DNA of 60,953 nt, filler included, from Circinaria calcarea (lineage: Eukaryota), in assembly GCA_051942165.1 (NCBI GenBank). It is 12 parts of 12 records of this genome, joined end to end, with 100 filler letters (N's around TTAATTAATTAA, not from the genome) between each part and the next. Parts side by side here need not be neighbours in the genome. Positions count along the whole stretch, not along the records: positions 55,981 to 60,953 come from JAVECS010002098.1; 11 more parts are not named here. One strand, written 5' to 3'. Every line of letters starts with the position of its first letter. The first letter of the stretch is position 1. The notes below the pieces were generated by a model. It saw nothing but the letters and a program-made list of their open reading frames with translations, did not search any database and was not told the DNA's origin. The translations under genes and the position numbers were made by a program. Below, piece by piece: positions 59,988-60,953 of the stretch.

Positions 59988-60953
59988 TTAAGCCTTCTTC
60001 TTACCCTTCTCCGTCCTTTCCGCAATAGCGAATGCGGAAACGATGTTTCCATATGCTTCATATAGTACCCAGGCCGGAAACCAGACCCAGAGGGTGTTGA
60101 AGAAAAAGAGATAGAGCCACCTGGAATATACCGATGTTAGTATTCTGTCAAGACAACCTTTGGCTCGAAGTTGGTTGCCTTGATTGGTTGAAGGGGCCAA
60201 AGTGGGGATTGACTCACATGTACATGAAATTCGAAGTATCCAGGTTCGAGTTCCCGCTCAGCCATTCCGGCGCAAAAGTCATGAACCTATATCTCAGTTA
60301 CCCGTTAGCAATCCACATCTCATCCGTATTCATTGTTGGCTCCGGCCGCAAACAATAGAGTGCACTCACCCCCCATACAACTCCCCCGTAGCCAGCACAC
60401 TTGCCCAAAACCACAAACGCGCACTCCCCCGTCGTCCCATCCCTTCCTCCCTCCCCGCACCTCTCCTCACCATTTCCGCCACCCAAAGCGCCAACGGCCC
60501 CGCTACCCCAACCGTCAACAGCTCCAAACTGATGACCGTCAGGTCCGCGCCGCCCCACCGCCGATCCGCCCGCGCGTACTCCTGCCACAGCTTTGCAAAC
60601 GGATTGGTGCCGTAATCACTGCCGTAGCGGCGATCCGCGTAGCCGAGGAAATGGACGTTCGCCGGCGTGAGCGCTGCGCCGAGGGAGGCCGGGTGTGGGT
60701 AGTCGCTTGTGGTGTTGCTGCTGCTAGAAGGGGACAACGTGGTGTAGGTGAAGAAGCAGTTGTAGAGGAAAGAGGCCTCGAGGATGAGGTGGATGAGCGC
60801 GTCGAAGAGGTGCCAGATGTAGAGGGTGCGGAGTTTGGTAGAGGTGGTGCGGGGCAGAAGGCGCAGGGAGGCAAGGTAGGCGGTCGCTAGGATGGCGACG
60901 GTGGCGAGGAGGGAGAGGATTGTGACGGCTGTGAAGAGGGAAGGGGGTGGAGG
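59988..60953 (-). CDS. EBP-like / EXPERA-domain membrane protein (emopamil-binding-protein family), 5' truncated
   Basis: WHLFDALIHFILEASF, LWQEYARADRRW, VISLELLTV..GP, TGELYG|GFMTFAPEW..NLDTSN, WLYLFFFNTLWVWFP. Two introns. Confidence 0.92.

Overview
This is not one locus. It is twelve separate ~5 kb contigs, sorted by decreasing length (4998 to 4973 bp) and joined by artificial 100-bp spacers (44 N + TTAATTAATTAA + 44 N). The DNA is from a filamentous ascomycete (Pezizomycotina), judged from short GT-AG introns with CTRAC-type branch sites, fungal gene families and RIP-like C>T/G>A decay of repeats. Recognisable genes: a NACHT/NLR-like gene, a CHORD-CS co-chaperone, a HET-domain gene, a WD40 protein, a PTH11-like receptor, two P450s, an S10 carboxypeptidase, RPA14/Ssb3, 3-hydroxyisobutyryl-CoA hydrolase, a carboxylesterase, a GH47 mannosidase and an EBP/EXPERA protein; many are cut by contig ends. 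Most notable: (1) three small, divergent, apparently paralogous two-exon helical-protein genes at 41.7-45.3 kb that I cannot assign to any family; (2) a dead diterpene cluster, with a CPS/KS-like cyclase broken by a solo-LTR insertion, two frameshifts, a stop and a DxDD>DxND change, opposite a frameshifted PaxP-like P450; (3) a ~357-bp solo-LTR family inserted in or beside three genes, two copies with exact 5-bp TSDs; (4) a Cys-rich secreted protein and a candidate Kex2-processed amphipathic-peptide precursor. All family assignments are from motif recognition by eye; no searches were run.
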